Source: Octopus sinensis (Eukaryota). From it: a stretch of 64,000 bases of DNA. Position 1 is the first letter of the stretch. The number at the start of each line of letters is the position of its first letter. The notes under the pieces were generated by a model that saw only the letters and a list, made by a program, of their open reading frames with translations, ran no database searches and had not been told where the DNA came from. Shown here piece after piece: positions 39,288-53,051 of this stretch. The stretch lies in contig NC_043004.1 in the NCBI RefSeq assembly GCF_006345805.1, positions 49,972,001 through 50,036,000 on the forward strand. The letters are read 5' to 3'. The position numbers and the translations under genes are program-made.

Positions 39288-40217
39288 GTGTGTGTATGTA
39301 TGTATGTTATGTATGTGTCTATGTGTGTGTGTGTGTACTTACATATAAGATTGCATATAAGAGACCAAATACAAAAAATAGGACAAGAACGCAAAACATC
39401 CACACAGATAATACAAAAAGGGAAACAAGGACGGGTCATTCGGAGTTTTCTTTCCTCAGTCGAGTTCCAGGTTATCTTTGCAATTTCGGCTGGTTATACT
39501 CGAGATTGCTCCAATCTGGCCAGCCCCAAGGAAAAACTAAGCTAAGAGCAGTAGATTCCTTGGAAGAAAGCAGCGAATGTATACGAAAACAAAGCCCTGT
39601 GAGTGGATTTTGTAGACGGAAACTGAAAGAAGCCCTTCGTAAATGTGTATATATATATATATATATATAATATATATATGTGTGTGTGTGGTGTGTGTGT
39701 GTATGGTGGTGTGTCTATGTTTGTCCCCCAACATCGCTTGACAACCATGCTCGTGTGTTTACGTCCCCGTAACTTAGCGGTTCGGCAAAAGAGACCGATA
39801 GAATAAGTACTCGGCTTACAATGAATAAGTCCTGGGGTCGATTTACTCGACTAAAAGGCGGTGCCCCAGCATGGCCACAGTCAAATGACTGAAACAAGTA
39901 AAAGAGTAAACTCTTTTACTTGTTTCAGTCATTTGACTGTAAAGAGTATATATACCTACCTTCATACATACATACATACATACATACATACATGCATATA
40001 TAATACCACTATAATGACCTGCGCCACTATTAATCCCACCACCACTGCCAGCTCACCACCATCAATATGAATAGTGTATCTTTTGTGTTTTTCCGTGTAA
40101 CAGATATTATTTGTGTTGATAAGTGCTCCTCAATAGCTTGGCACCAGGATCATTCTCTGTTGTACACTCGGCCAAACAACATCGCAGCAACATAGCATCA
40201 TATCTGTAGAAGAAACT

Positions 40218-40728
40218 ATGAAGAAAGAAGCTGTACTCTTACTTATTGTCACATTGATGGCATGTCTGATGTATATCAACACTAGCACCGTTAATGTCAA
40301 GAACAACGACAGCAACAACACAACCACGAACAACAACAGCAACAATAACAACATTGAAGATGACGTCGAGAACCACACCAAAAAATGGACGTCTCAACCT
40401 TCGTTTGTTTCACCCAAGATCTGTACCATGAATTCGACTCATTGTGGAAACGGTGAAATGTATGTAATATATAATAGTAGTTTACAGTGCCGTAAGTTAA
40501 GTTACAAAGAACAGTACTTTTGTGACAAGTGTGTCACTGGCTTTTGTGGTTTTGACGAGGACGGATATATGTCATGTTACTCCAAACAACCATGTACAGG
40601 AGAATACTGCTCTGAGCTTTGCCTGAGGGACTGCACAATTGGCAATTGTATTTTTGAAGGAAACAAAGAATATTGCGAATGCCCAGGCAACTTTACATCT
40701 TCTTCGAACTACACAAAACAATATAACG
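40218..40728 (+). CDS. Paralog B coding exon 1 (signal peptide, short Asn stalk, 4-Cys module, two degenerate EGF-like domains); possible pseudogene or decoy
   Basis: MKKEAVLLLIVTLMACLMYINTS...SPKICTMNSTHCG...CTIGNCIFEGNKEYCECPGNFTSSSNYTKQYN aligns with gene A exon 1. Same phase-1 donor position (AACG|gtatgt at 40728/40729). Frame is open but three conserved Cys are substituted. Confidence 0.75.
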
Positions 40729-40788
40729 GTATGTGTCGTTTTCCCCTCTTACAACGATTGTGTGTAAGATTAAGAATGTGTGCGTATG

Positions 40789-40830
<42 letters not shown>

Positions 40831-41449
40831 GTGTGTGATATTGCATGGCAAGTTTGGAAAATTCTTGATCATCTCTCCTTCTAACATGGAGCTGGACTCT
40901 GTTGCCATTTGATGATTGCGACATCCTCTCGAGACAGATAATTTTAATAAACCATGAATCTACGTTGCATGGTGTTTGATATACTTGTGTCCTTCTCTCT
41001 CTTCCTCCCTCCCTCCCCTTCTCTCTCTCTTTCTGTCCTATCTCTTTACATGTGTGCGTCTGTGTGTGTGTCTATGTATATAAGGGAGTTGAATAAAACG
41101 CGAGAGTTTGCTTAAATGTTTCTATTACAACGTGTTTCGCTAGCAAACACCACAACGTTGTACGATAATCGTTACGTAAGAAAATGTATAATAGAGTTGA
41201 AACCAACAGAGGAGTATAGTAATTGAGTTCGATACTATATACCAACTTAAGTTGGTTGACAGAACGAGGAAACAAATGATAAAATTCCTTTTACACCAAT
41301 TAAGTAAAGGGGTGGGGTGGGTAGTATTTTTACGTTATCAAAAGAATTAAGGGAAACGAATAAAAGAGTAATAATGTAGTCTTTATGTCTAAGAGCAAAA
41401 GAGGTTCAATTTAAGGTCATGATTCCAAAAATTGGAATTATGTGTGCAT

Positions 41450-41508
<59 letters not shown>

Positions 41509-41564
41509 TTTGTGTGTGTGTGTGTGTAAATAAAAACATATTTATGTACGTATATATATATATT

Positions 41565-41606
<42 letters not shown>

Positions 41607-43413
41607 TACATACATAAGCATTAGTATATATATGTAATTATATATGTTTATGCATATAAGTATGTATATACCTACATGTATGTATATTGATATGTGTGCG
41701 TATATGCATATGTGTATGTGTGTGTACAAAGATGTCGAAAGTATTATTATTGTTATGGTGGTGATATTCCGCCGAGGTCGACTTTGTCTTTGACTCTTTT
41801 GAGGTCGATAAGGAAGGTACAATTTGAGCACTGGGGTTAACATTATCGAGTAGCCCCTTGCACAAAATTTCCGACCTTGTGCCTATAGGAGAAAGGACTG
41901 TTACGGCGGTGAAATTTCAGACTCGTTTGCCCTCCGGAAAAGTGCTTAGCAGCATTTCATCGAGCTTTACATTTTGTGTTCAGCTTGACCTTTCATCCTT
42001 TCATCGTTGGTTAAGCACCAGTTAAAGATTAGGGTCAACTTTCCGTTCTTCCTAGAAATGTTGGCTTTTTGCCAAAATTTGAAATTATATAATTCTGGCT
42101 GTTCCCGGAGGGAAGCTTTTGGTCTTGTATTAATAAGTAATCTACCAATGTTCAGTCTTAAAATTTAAGTAATTTCGCTTTGCAGCCAGTACATTTTTTA
42201 AAATAAATAACTCTCGCTTCTGCTTTATTTAATCTTGTAAGATATTGCTTATGCAGGGTTTTATCTTGTAATCGTTTTAAAATGACATTCTGTTAACCGA
42301 TTTTCAACTCCGTATTGAAATGTTAACAATTTCTGTTATTTCCCTACCTTCATTATTATTCTCTCTTATCTCAACTCTTAAATTATATTTCTTGACTTCC
42401 TAGAACATAGACAACAGTTTTTCGTTGTGATAATGGCGCTATTTGTCACTGTTTCACTTTCTTCTAGATATGTTTTGAACTTCTACGGTATATATATATC
42501 TATATATATATATATATAATAACAAAGGGTAAAATTACTTAATTAAGAAGTAATCAATAATTTCACCAAGTAGAATTCGGCATAAAAAAGGACCATTTCA
42601 CGGTAAACTTAAGGAATACTTTATAATTAGGGTTCAGCAAAGATTTGTTTTACCACATACCGAAGCTTAGAAATAGCAGCCAAAAAGCCTTAGCTAGTTC
42701 TTCTACTTTAAAAAGGGGACTCCCAGAAAAAACCAAAATACTTGAAAACAATCCACGCAGGCAGAGAGGAAAATTAACGAAAATCAATCTATATCTGGTC
42801 ACTCATGTCCCCTTTTTAAAGTATATATGTATATTAATATTCTTCCAAACCTTATTCTTTCATGTGTGTGTTGTACTGTATAGTTGCATCAATTCTGTGG
42901 TATTTCTTAGTCTGCTTTAATTATCCCATCCCAGTTTCTTTATGTAACATGATATTAGTGATTTTTATTAAAGTTTTTCTTTATCTTCACAGGTGGCAGG
43001 AACTGCGGGATTCTGTTCAACATCAAGCACCAGTCCTTTTATACTGTTTTTATTATGCCTGTCTTAATATCTATTTTAACGAACATCACCCCAACAACAA
43101 CTACTCTTTTGTAATTTGTCTTTCTAATATCCCATCAGCAATTAATTGACTTTGTGGTCAAGGTGGCAAGCTGGCGAGCAGGCAGAATCGTTAGCACGCC
43201 GGACAAAATGTCTAGCGGCTTTCGTACTTCTTTACATTCTGAGTTCAAATGCTGATGCCACCGATGCTGATGTTCACTTTCATCCTGTCGGAGTCGATAA
43301 ATTAAGTCCCAGTTGAACACTGGGGTTCATATAATCTTTTTAATCCCTCCCCCGAAATTGCAAGCCTTGTACCAAAATTTGAAAACAATCATTACTTATT
43401 ATTATTTTATCAC

Positions 43414-43453
<40 letters not shown>

Positions 43454-43460
43454 GATATAT

Positions 43461-43529
<69 letters not shown>

Positions 43530-43541
43530 TATATATAATAT

Positions 43542-43917
43542 AATATAAGAGAGTGGTCACTATATGGCTCACTCTAGCACCAGTTAATCCAAAAGGTTTC
43601 AACCACAAAAATACATGTTCCCATGAAAGTCAGTACGATTGTTAGCTCACACGGACAGGGCAAATAAAAAATATTCATCCAGATAGTTTTGGCTGACGAG
43701 CTACAAGTGGATTTTTTTGTAAGTAAAATTACATTTAATTCATTAATAGCGAAACAATTGTCCCAAAATAATCTGTATTTTTGTTATTTTTTATTTGCCC
43801 TGTCCGTGTGAGCTAACAATCGTACTGACTTTCATGGGAAACATGTATTTTTGTGGTTGAAACCTTTTGGATTAACTGGTGCTAGAGTGAGCCATATAGT
43901 GACCACTCTCTTATATT
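43542..43917. repeat. Inverted repeat, about 132-bp arms, enclosing a hammerhead
   Basis: 43542-43673 versus 43785-43917, one 1-nt indel seen; 111-nt spacer. Confidence 0.95.
43682..43773 (+). ncRNA. Type I hammerhead ribozyme with intact core (Penelope-associated)
   Basis: Stem I gatagttttgg/ccaaaataatc; core CTGACGA 43693-43699; stem II GCTA/TAGC with a long loop; GAAAC 43751-43755; palindromic stem III ACAATTGT; GTC cleavage triplet ending at 43762. Confidence 0.8.
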
Positions 43918-44084
43918 TATTTTGTAAAAATATTATAATATATTATAAAATATTATAATAATCCAGGTTTCTCGGAGCACTAGGCCACTTGGTGTTGAAT
44001 AGATATACTATTAAATTAGTATCTAATTCTCTCACCCTTATTAATTAATTATATATATATATATATATTTATATGTATATACAT

Positions 44085-44136
<52 letters not shown>

Positions 44137-44141
44137 TATAT

Positions 44142-44173
<32 letters not shown>

Positions 44174-44261
44174 TGTATGCATGTATGTATGCATGTACAT
44201 ATATCATCAATTAAAAGAATAAAATTAAGAGTTAATGGTTAATAATTAATTTAACTTATTG

Positions 44262-44369
44262 ATAATCATTCCTACAACTGTTTCAATTAATTCTCAATTA
44301 ATGAATTACAAATTTATTACATAAATTTACATTCATAAGTTATTAGCAAAATATCATCAGGGAAATATT
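44262..44369 (-). ncRNA. Hammerhead-like motif with weak stem II
   Basis: Minus strand: aatatttcc-CTGATGA-tatt...aatt-GAAAC-AGTT-GTA-ggaatgatt. Confidence 0.55.
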
Positions 44370-44579
44370 AGACATTAAATAATTACATGATGAACAATTT
44401 GTTCTTCCAACAAACTAAATATGTGAAATTGCTCTTATTATTTAGTGTATTACTTTGTGTATATGTCCCCCACCCCACCAATATAAGGTATAAAACCAAT
44501 GTAATCTTGGATGTAATCATCCCTTCAAGAGTTATATATTAATAAATATAAATAATAAAGTTTTAATACTAATAAAGTT

Positions 44580-45480
44580 TTAAAGATTCTTTTGAGTTCG
44601 GTCGTTTTTCGAGTTAATTCGCATGTTTCCAATTACCAACTTATACCACCACAGACCCATGCCATTCATGCCACCACAGACACATTAGAATGAATATCTT
44701 TGAACCAAGCAAAAAGGATTTGTACTATAGTTTCTAATACAAGCACCATGGACACACGACTACATGATCTAAAGGATATACTCATTACCAGGAACCACCC
44801 ACCATCACAAATTGATATAGGCTTTCAACATGCCCTATAACTCAACAGCCACGAACTTAGGCATCCAAAATCAAAGAAGGATTTACAACCAAAAGCCCTA
44901 CCATACATCACACAACTCTCTTAACAATGAAGCCTTCGACGCTCCAGAACATTCCCCTAATAAAAGGGGACCACAGAATGAATTTAATCCTCCAAAAGCA
45001 CACCTTCATAAAGAGAAAAAGATAAACCAAATCTATGAAAAGTCTCCTGACAAAAGCCCAAGTACACTAGACAACAACACTGAAGCCGCCAGTAAAAAAA
45101 TGCGGAAGACTTAACTATATGCGTCAACTTAATTGAGGGATCGGAGTTCTCTTTCAAACAGGGTCAACGTTTCACAGTGAAAAACAGCTTCAGATGTGCT
45201 TCGGAGAACTTAATATATGTATTAACTTGCTTTGGATGTCAAGAGCAATACATGAGCGAAACCAAAAGCAGTCTACGTCAAAGGATGGCTCTACATATTT
45301 CCCAGATCAAGATTCAGTAATACAGAAAAATAGCATTCAGCGAACACATCGACATTTGCACCATTAACAAACAACTCAGCTTCAGAATTTTTCCCCTCTA
45401 TAAATTCAGAGAATATGCAACCTGTAGTTAGCGCATCAGTAAAGAGTCAAATTTTATCACAAAATATAAGCTCCTTTTGA
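44580..45480 (+). mobile_element. Degenerate Penelope-like fragment (RT C-terminus and GIY-YIG)
   Basis: 45165-45260 reads RFTVKNSFRCASENLIYVLTCFGCQEQYMSET. Upstream is HPCHSCHHRHIRMNIF...RNHPPSQID-like thumb sequence. Confidence 0.75.
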
Positions 45481-46537
45481 ATGCGCCCACCACAAATAAC
45501 TTTATTACAAGGGTCTTAGAATAATATCCACGCAAATATATTAAAAACGATATATTCAGAACAGTCACTACCCATGAATTTATTCAGAATAATTCCAATC
45601 ACTACTATTACAACCACAACAGGTCACTTTCATTCAGTGCATTTTTGTAGATCAGGTCATTGTATCCAATGTCAGCATTAGGGTACCGTTGCTTTGTCAA
45701 TCATCATTTGCCTTGACTACCGAGAAAGCAAAATTACTTACAGAGAATTTCATAAATGTTGGTATATTTTAGATTAACACTCGCACGATTTTCATTAAGA
45801 AGAAACAAATCAGATTTTTTGCGTGGACTCCTAATATGCTACAAATCCCTTTTTGTGGTCCGAAAAACGAGGTGGTTTGGTGGAAGCCTCGGAAATTTCA
45901 CCCCCTACACCCATTGATCTTTTTACCATCAATTTTTCGATGTACGTGGGAAAATACGGAGATTAAGAATATGGAAAACACCTTTTTTCAATCTCAAATT
46001 TACCATGAAAAACTGCAAGTAAATTTTTAGATAACACTCGTACGATTTTCACTATGACAAAAAAAAATCGGATTTTTTGCGCGGAATCAGTTACCCTGGC
46101 CTCCTAATATGCTACAAAACCATTTTGTGGTTCGAAAAACGGGCGCCCAAAGTAATGTGCGTGATAGATGGGAGGCGGGAAGAAAGATGAACGATTTACA
46201 ATAAATAAGTGATTTAAAATAAATATATTTTAATTGTTGTGTGAGAAAGTATATATAATATGATTATAAAATGTAGTGTCTTTCAAAAACATCCTAAATT
46301 TGAAAACTATATCTCATATTTAAGAAAAAAAAACATTTTACATTTTTATTTTTGGTGAACGCTGTCACTTTCCCCCTCTCCCTCAAACACATTTTGTCTT
46401 TAACGCTTTTATTAGATGCTGTGAAACTCTTTCCCCTCTCCCTCACACACACTTTTTCTTTACATTTTTTTGTTAGACGCTGTGAAACTCTCTCTCTCCT
46501 CACACACACATACATCAATACACAACTCTCACCCTCA

Positions 46538-46590
<53 letters not shown>

Positions 46591-46919
46591 CACACGCACA
46601 CAGTTTCACTTCGCTATGGCACGAAGGGACTTAACTCATGTTAGCAAAGTTCAAAATTGGTAAAAATTATGGTTGAAAATCGATTTTTGCTACTATCCAT
46701 GGGTATCTCGGGAAAAATACGTTGACAAAACCCAGCTATGGTTGTGACGGATGTCCTCCTAAAATTGAAGCGACCTGCGTGCTAATTTGTGGACATGCAT
46801 AAATTACATTTACGTACACACACACACACACATATTCTCTCTTTTATAGATAAACAGTTGTTTAAAAATTATCCCCTCAAAGAAGTCATCTCTACTCATT
46901 CTTTCAAACATATATATAT

Positions 46920-47022
<103 letters not shown>

Positions 47023-47424
47023 CATACATTCATACATATATATATATATATATACATATATATACGTATATATATATAGACATGCATACATATATTCACA
47101 CACACATATATATATGTATACATACATATATATGTCTGTGTGTATATATATACATACATACATATATAAGTGTTCATACATAAATGCATATATAAATAAA
47201 GAAGTATTGTTACCGTAGTTTACAGTAATAAGATAGCTAGCAAGTACACACCTTTACAGGCACAGTATAAAGTCATTGAAGATTAAGTAGGGTATATAAT
47301 ACCACTTGCTAGAATCAGACCCATTGCTCCAAAAGCCATCATAAAAAATACGATAAAGTTACACACAAACAATGCAATGTACATACATACATCTTTAAGT
47401 CTTTAAAATGTTTTAGCTTCAAAA

Positions 47425-48930
47425 CTACACCATTATTTGAAACCGTCTCTCATATGTGGCATTTGGTTAATGAGGGAGTTTGATGCCGCTGCCCTGATAT
47501 ATGTTCCCGAGCGTGATGTAGGCTCGTCTGGAACACTTGACAGGAAGAGATCCAGTTTTGTTTTAAAGAGCTGTTGGCCTTTGAAACCCAAGCTGTTGCA
47601 GTATCTGGTCCTGTATTTTGATGACGATGTTGGGATCTTTGGTACTCTGCGGTGGCGCTCTGTTCTGCTGTTTGAGTAACTTTCAATGCCAGAGTTTGGT
47701 ACAAGGACTTCCAGGATTTTCCAGATGTGTATCACTGCATTATTTCCCGCCTTCCTTCTAGGGAGAAGAGTTTTAATTCTTTCAGTCTTTTCCAGTAGCT
47801 GATACATTACATTGAGACGATTTTCTTAGATTGCTTCGAGTTCCACCGTTGAGTATAGTTGTGAGCAGTAGTCCAAGCGGCTGAGGACTCATGTCCTCCA
47901 CAGGACCATGAATGTCTCCCTTTCTCTTGTTTTGAAAGTTTGGAGGATGCATCCAGCTAGCCGTCTGCATTTTATTACCAAATTGGTAATATGCAATTGG
48001 AAAGATGCATCATTACTCATGTCAATGCACAGGTCAGGCACTGATATTGATTCAGGGATTGCAATTCCTCCCGGGTCAGTGTATTCTGTCTGTATGTCGT
48101 TCAGCTTTGCGTGCTAGTAGCGCAGGGCTTGGAATTTTCCTGCATTAAACTGCATGTTGTTGTCTTCAACCTACCTGTATATTGCGTCCAACTCCCGTTA
48201 CAGATGTGCAATATTTCCAGGATTTTGTATTGTCTGAGAGACTTTTGTGTCATCTGCATTGCAAGCAAGGGTGGGTATATGCGCAACTGAGGGCATGCCT
48301 GAGAGGGCCACTATGAATAGCAGTAGCCCTAAGACAGTGCCCCGTGGAACACCACTTGTTATTTGCGTTTCCTTGAAGGTGGCTCCATTGGCCACCACTG
48401 CCTGACGTCTATCTTTTCGAAAGTTGTGCAGCCACTCTCCATGTTTTCCACCTATGCAGAGATCACGCAGCTTGTGACATATATCATGGTCGACTTTATC
48501 AAAGGCTTTTTGCAAAGTCGAGACATCACAACCACACTTGAGCCATTTAGCAGTTGTTTTAACACCCAGTCCCAGTGTTGCAAGAGCTATGTTAGACAGC
48601 TCCTACCTGGTCGAAATCCATTCTCGTTGTCAGCCAGCAAGTCGTTTTCTTCTAGGAACGCGATTAATTTATTCCATGACTTTGCTGATTTGTGAGGTCA
48701 GAAAGATTGGCCTATAATTTTTAGCATCTGCTCTGCTTCCTCCCTTATGGATAGAGCATATTATCCCTTCTTTCAGGCTGTCTGAAAGCTTACCATTTTT
48801 AGAATGCCCAGAAAAATTACTTACACATATAAAGGTATGTTGGAATAGGTCATTTTCAACCAGATATCGATAGTGAGACAATTTTTCCAGATCCACGTTA
48901 TTTGAAAGGTATTGGAAATATCTGTCTTGA
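47425..48930 (-). mobile_element. 5'-truncated CR1/L2-group LINE
   Basis: HKGGSRADAKNYRPIFLTSQISKVME, QKAFDKVDH, TSGVPRGTVLGLLLF, NADDTKV, DLFLSSVPDEP; frameshifted. Confidence 0.88.
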
Positions 48931-49242
48931 AAATGTCACTTCTATTGGTGTCACAGGCGTCACACCAAATAAAGGACGATGGTGATCACAGTGATAGTTG
49001 TCCTGTAAACACCTTAGCATTATTTTTTTTTATTTCAAGGTTAATATAAATAAACACAATATGGCTTTTTACGTTGCTCTGGAGAAATTCAAAGAAATTA
49101 GTAGTTAATAAAAAAAGATTCTTTATGCGATGTCTCATAAGTCAAACTTCTGGGGTCCTCAACAAACATTTTCAGTTTTAAATAGTTTAATATTTGTATG
49201 TGTACTGTGAAAAGTGAATCGATATCATTCTTGTAAATGTTC

Positions 49243-49314
49243 GAAATTTACAGCTCATATATTTCTGTCTCTCTGATTGAAATTTACAGCTCATATATTT
49301 CTGTCTCTCTGATT
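49243..49314 (+). repeat. Perfect 36-bp tandem duplication
   Basis: gaaatttacagctcatatatttctgtctctctgatt twice. Confidence 0.95.
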
Positions 49315-51959
49315 GTCACGTACGTCACGCATGAATAGCAACCTTATGCCTTTAAGCTCTTAATCTTGTTTCCTGTATAACTTCAACGGGAACGTTATGT
49401 GTAAATTTGGTTATTATCAAATTACATGAAAGTGTTTTTCTTTAGCCTGTCATTGTTACCTTCTAGTACATTTAGGATAATGTATACTTTGTTTATGTAT
49501 TAATATATTGAATATACTTGTTGTGGCTGTGTATTGTATGAGTGAAAATCATATATCCGTTTAAGGACTGCAAGTACTCGAACCGAAGTAATGGCAACAC
49601 TTCTGGTCTTGTTCATTTTCTGAAGTGTTTTGAGGTTGATTCAAGTGGATTTCAAGTGGATTTCATTCCGTGTGTTGTTTTGTTTATTTGTTTGTATCTG
49701 AATATATTGTTTGGTTCTGCTGACATTTCTATAATACTACAACGTAGCGTGGGTGGTGGAACAAGTATATTGAATAAGTTTCTGGCTTTGCCTAAAAGAA
49801 AATACAGGAGGACCAGTCAGTTATGATTTAATTCATAATATTCCCCTCTCAGATTCACACACTTATTGCATCAATCCTTCAGTTGTTCTAAGCTCTCTAA
49901 AAGAACTCGGACGGTTGGGTCCCCAACCAGGCCTTTCGCGACATTTCTAAAGCCTGTTTAGAGGGAGTCTTACGAGGAATTTTTTTATTTCTTTAGTTGT
50001 TTTTACTCATCTAGGAAGTTTATGTATAGAATATGTAGAGTATAAATTATTTCATTACGTTTAATATGTATTATGTAAATTATGTTTTTCGGTTCCTTTA
50101 ATTAAGTCTGTATAAAAGACAGGCCATAATCAGATTCGCTACAGCATCGGAAGAAATGCCTTGTGACATTTCTTCCGGCTCTTTACATTCTGTGTCGATA
50201 AAATACGGTACCAGTTATGTACTGATACGTTGATGGTATCCACTAACCCCTCTCTTCAAAATTACTGGCTTTCATTCTATATCAGAAACTATTAGTTAAG
50301 AAAATATTTCCAGCTTTACTCGTAAGTAATTTTAAGATTATTAATATCCTTAAGAAAACATTCAGGTTTTATAGCCAAAGCTGAGCTCATTGACTCCCAA
50401 TGAATTCTGAAAAGTTAAAGTAAAAATAGGAATACTTCATTATAAAGGCGCAGACGTAGCTGTGTGGTAAGAAATTTGCTTACCAACCACATGGTTCCGA
50501 GTTCAGTCCTTTTGGCAAGTACCTTCTACTACAGTCCCTTCAGCAAGTATCTTTTACTTCTGCCTCGGACCGACCAAGCTGTGTGTGGATTTGCTAGACG
50601 GTAACTGAAAGAAGCCCGTCTTATATGTACACTCATATACGGTGTTGGTATGTTTATGACCCGAAACGTAGCTGTTCGTCAAAAGAGACCGATATACGTA
50701 CTAGGCTTTTAAAAAATGAGTACTGGGGTCGATCCTTTCGACTGAAATCCTTGCAGGCTGTGCCCCAGCATGAAAGAATTCTAATAACTGAAACAAGTAT
50801 GAAGATTAAATAATATATATTACTCTTTTACTCTTTTACTTGTTTCAGTCATTTGACTGCGGCCATGCTGGAGCACCGCCTTTAATCGAGCAACTCGACC
50901 CCGGGACTTATTCTTTTGTAAGCCCAGTACTTATTCTATCGGTCTCTTTTGCCGAACCGCTAAGTAACGGGGACGTAAACACACCAGCATCGGTTGTCAA
51001 GCAATGCTAGGGGGACAAACACAGACACACAAACACACACATGCATATATATATACATATATACGACGGGTTTCTTTCAGTTTCCATCTACCAAATCCAC
51101 TCACAAGGCTTTGGTCGGCCCGAGGCTATAGTAGAAGACACTTGCCCAAGGTGCCACGCAATGGGACTGAACCTGGAACCATGTGGTTGGTAAACAAGCT
51201 ACTTACCACACAGCCACTCCTTGATCAATCTGTTCTTCAATGTGTTAGATCATTTTTCCCATATCCCTATTACCGTATGATTTATTTTAGATATCAACTC
51301 TCTAATATGTTATTCGCTTTTCTTATGTTATTCTTATTTATTTATTTATCTGTATATTTATTTATTCATGTCTCTACTAAGAAAGGGAATGCATGCTTCT
51401 GATGACACTGAAACGGATGAGATAAAAATAAAGATGAAATTAAGTCTGTTCTATTGTTATACCCACATGTACTCGGTGATAGACGAACCGTTCTCAAATT
51501 TTCAGTCGAAATATTTCTTTAAAAATATGTGTGAATCCCTAAAAGGTATTTTTTATATTCTTATATTGATAAGGTGATTATATGAAAGTAAGCCACTGAA
51601 AGATTTCAAGGGAATGTTAGAAAAGACAAAGATGGTCGGCACTGCTGTTTCATTTTGGTGCAAACCACTTTAAAATCTGATGTAATGACAGAAAGTAGAA
51701 TTCTCTTGTTTGCTTTAGCATTCAGTCTGTTTGCAATGGTTACATTGTTTTGCAGACAGGAAATCCTATTTCACATAAACACGCGGCTGGAAATAGGAGA
51801 AGTGACTTAAAGCACTTTCTATGAATATTCTTCATTTTATCATCATCACTGTTGATACTACCACCGCCGCCACCACCACCACCACCAGCACCTTCAAAAT
51901 CGTCCTCGTCATCATCATCGTCATCATCATCATCAACATAGTGTGTTTGTATGTCTTGT

Positions 51960-52200
51960 AGAAATTTGGCTCTTCGCAAGAATCTTCCAATGAGTTCTGT
52001 TCCGTGGTTTTCCTTTCACGTGATTACATGTCATTCCATCGTGTTCTTCACTTGATTCCTCTTTTCTCTGATTTTCCTCTCGATTTCACTTGGGCATTTG
52101 ATGCAGTAAATTAAATTTCTGGCTTTGCAGTTCATATTCGCACAGATTTAACCATCTCGCTACAGTCAAAAATTGTGAAGCATGACTGTCACCACTACTA
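51960..52200 (-). mobile_element. Penelope GIY-YIG remnant
   Basis: Minus strand reads NMNCKARNLIYCIKCPS. Confidence 0.55.
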
Positions 52201-52384
52201 CATGAACCTGAAGATTGCATAATTTAATGCATGAAAGGGCTAGTTCAATCAGAAAGAACATTTAACATTCTACTATACTATTTTATTTTATTCTATTATA
52301 TTATATTATCTTATATTATATCATTATAAGATTGTAAATAAAACGTGAAAATCAGACAAGGTTGGAATTCCTTTTATTAATATA

Positions 52385-52763
52385 CTAGCAGTATCGCCCG
52401 GCGTTTGTTTCGACCCGCTGGAATTGGAATTTATGAAAAGTAAAAATTTTGCATTATGTAGATTGTTATTCTCTTCAAGTGAACATTTTTCTGGTTGAAA
52501 TAAACCTAAAAGTGGCGACACAGCAGTGAAAAAATCGTAAAAAATAGGGATTTTCATAGAAAAAAGCACCTTTTTGATGTAAATAATTTTTGGTGTTAAC
52601 ATGGTCCGATTTGAATTTTATCTTTTACGGAAGGAAGAGCAACCCTTCTATCATACTCTCAATTTTGGTCAACTTGTGCCGCAGGGTCTCGGAGGAGATA
52701 GTGTTAGTTGAAGGCTACCAAACCTGGCGCACACAGACAACTTCAGCTTTATATAGAGAGAGA
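52385..52763 (-). mobile_element. Non-autonomous Helitron
   Basis: Minus strand: A|TCTCTCTATATAAAG start and cgccgggcgatactgCTAG|T end. Confidence 0.75.
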
Positions 52764-53051
52764 TAACACACACACATTAATACACATACATACACACACT
52801 CACACACATCTATGTATGTATGGATGTATGTATGTATATATGTACATCTGTCCACTTCTTGCCATATTTTTATCCTTCACTTCCTACACACACACACACA
52901 CTCTCACACACACAGACACACACACACACGCACACACAGACACACCTTCTTAGCTTACAATTTTCTTTCAACAATTGACACTTTCATATATGTATATTTG
53001 CGTGTCTATGTGTGTAAAGAGAAAGTGTGCTAATAGGCGGAGTAAAGCCTT

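Noticed and set aside
49542-49826. Hydrophobic ORF as a candidate TM exon of paralog B
   Set aside because: No similarity to gene A exon 2, no matching splice phases, no flanking intron homology.
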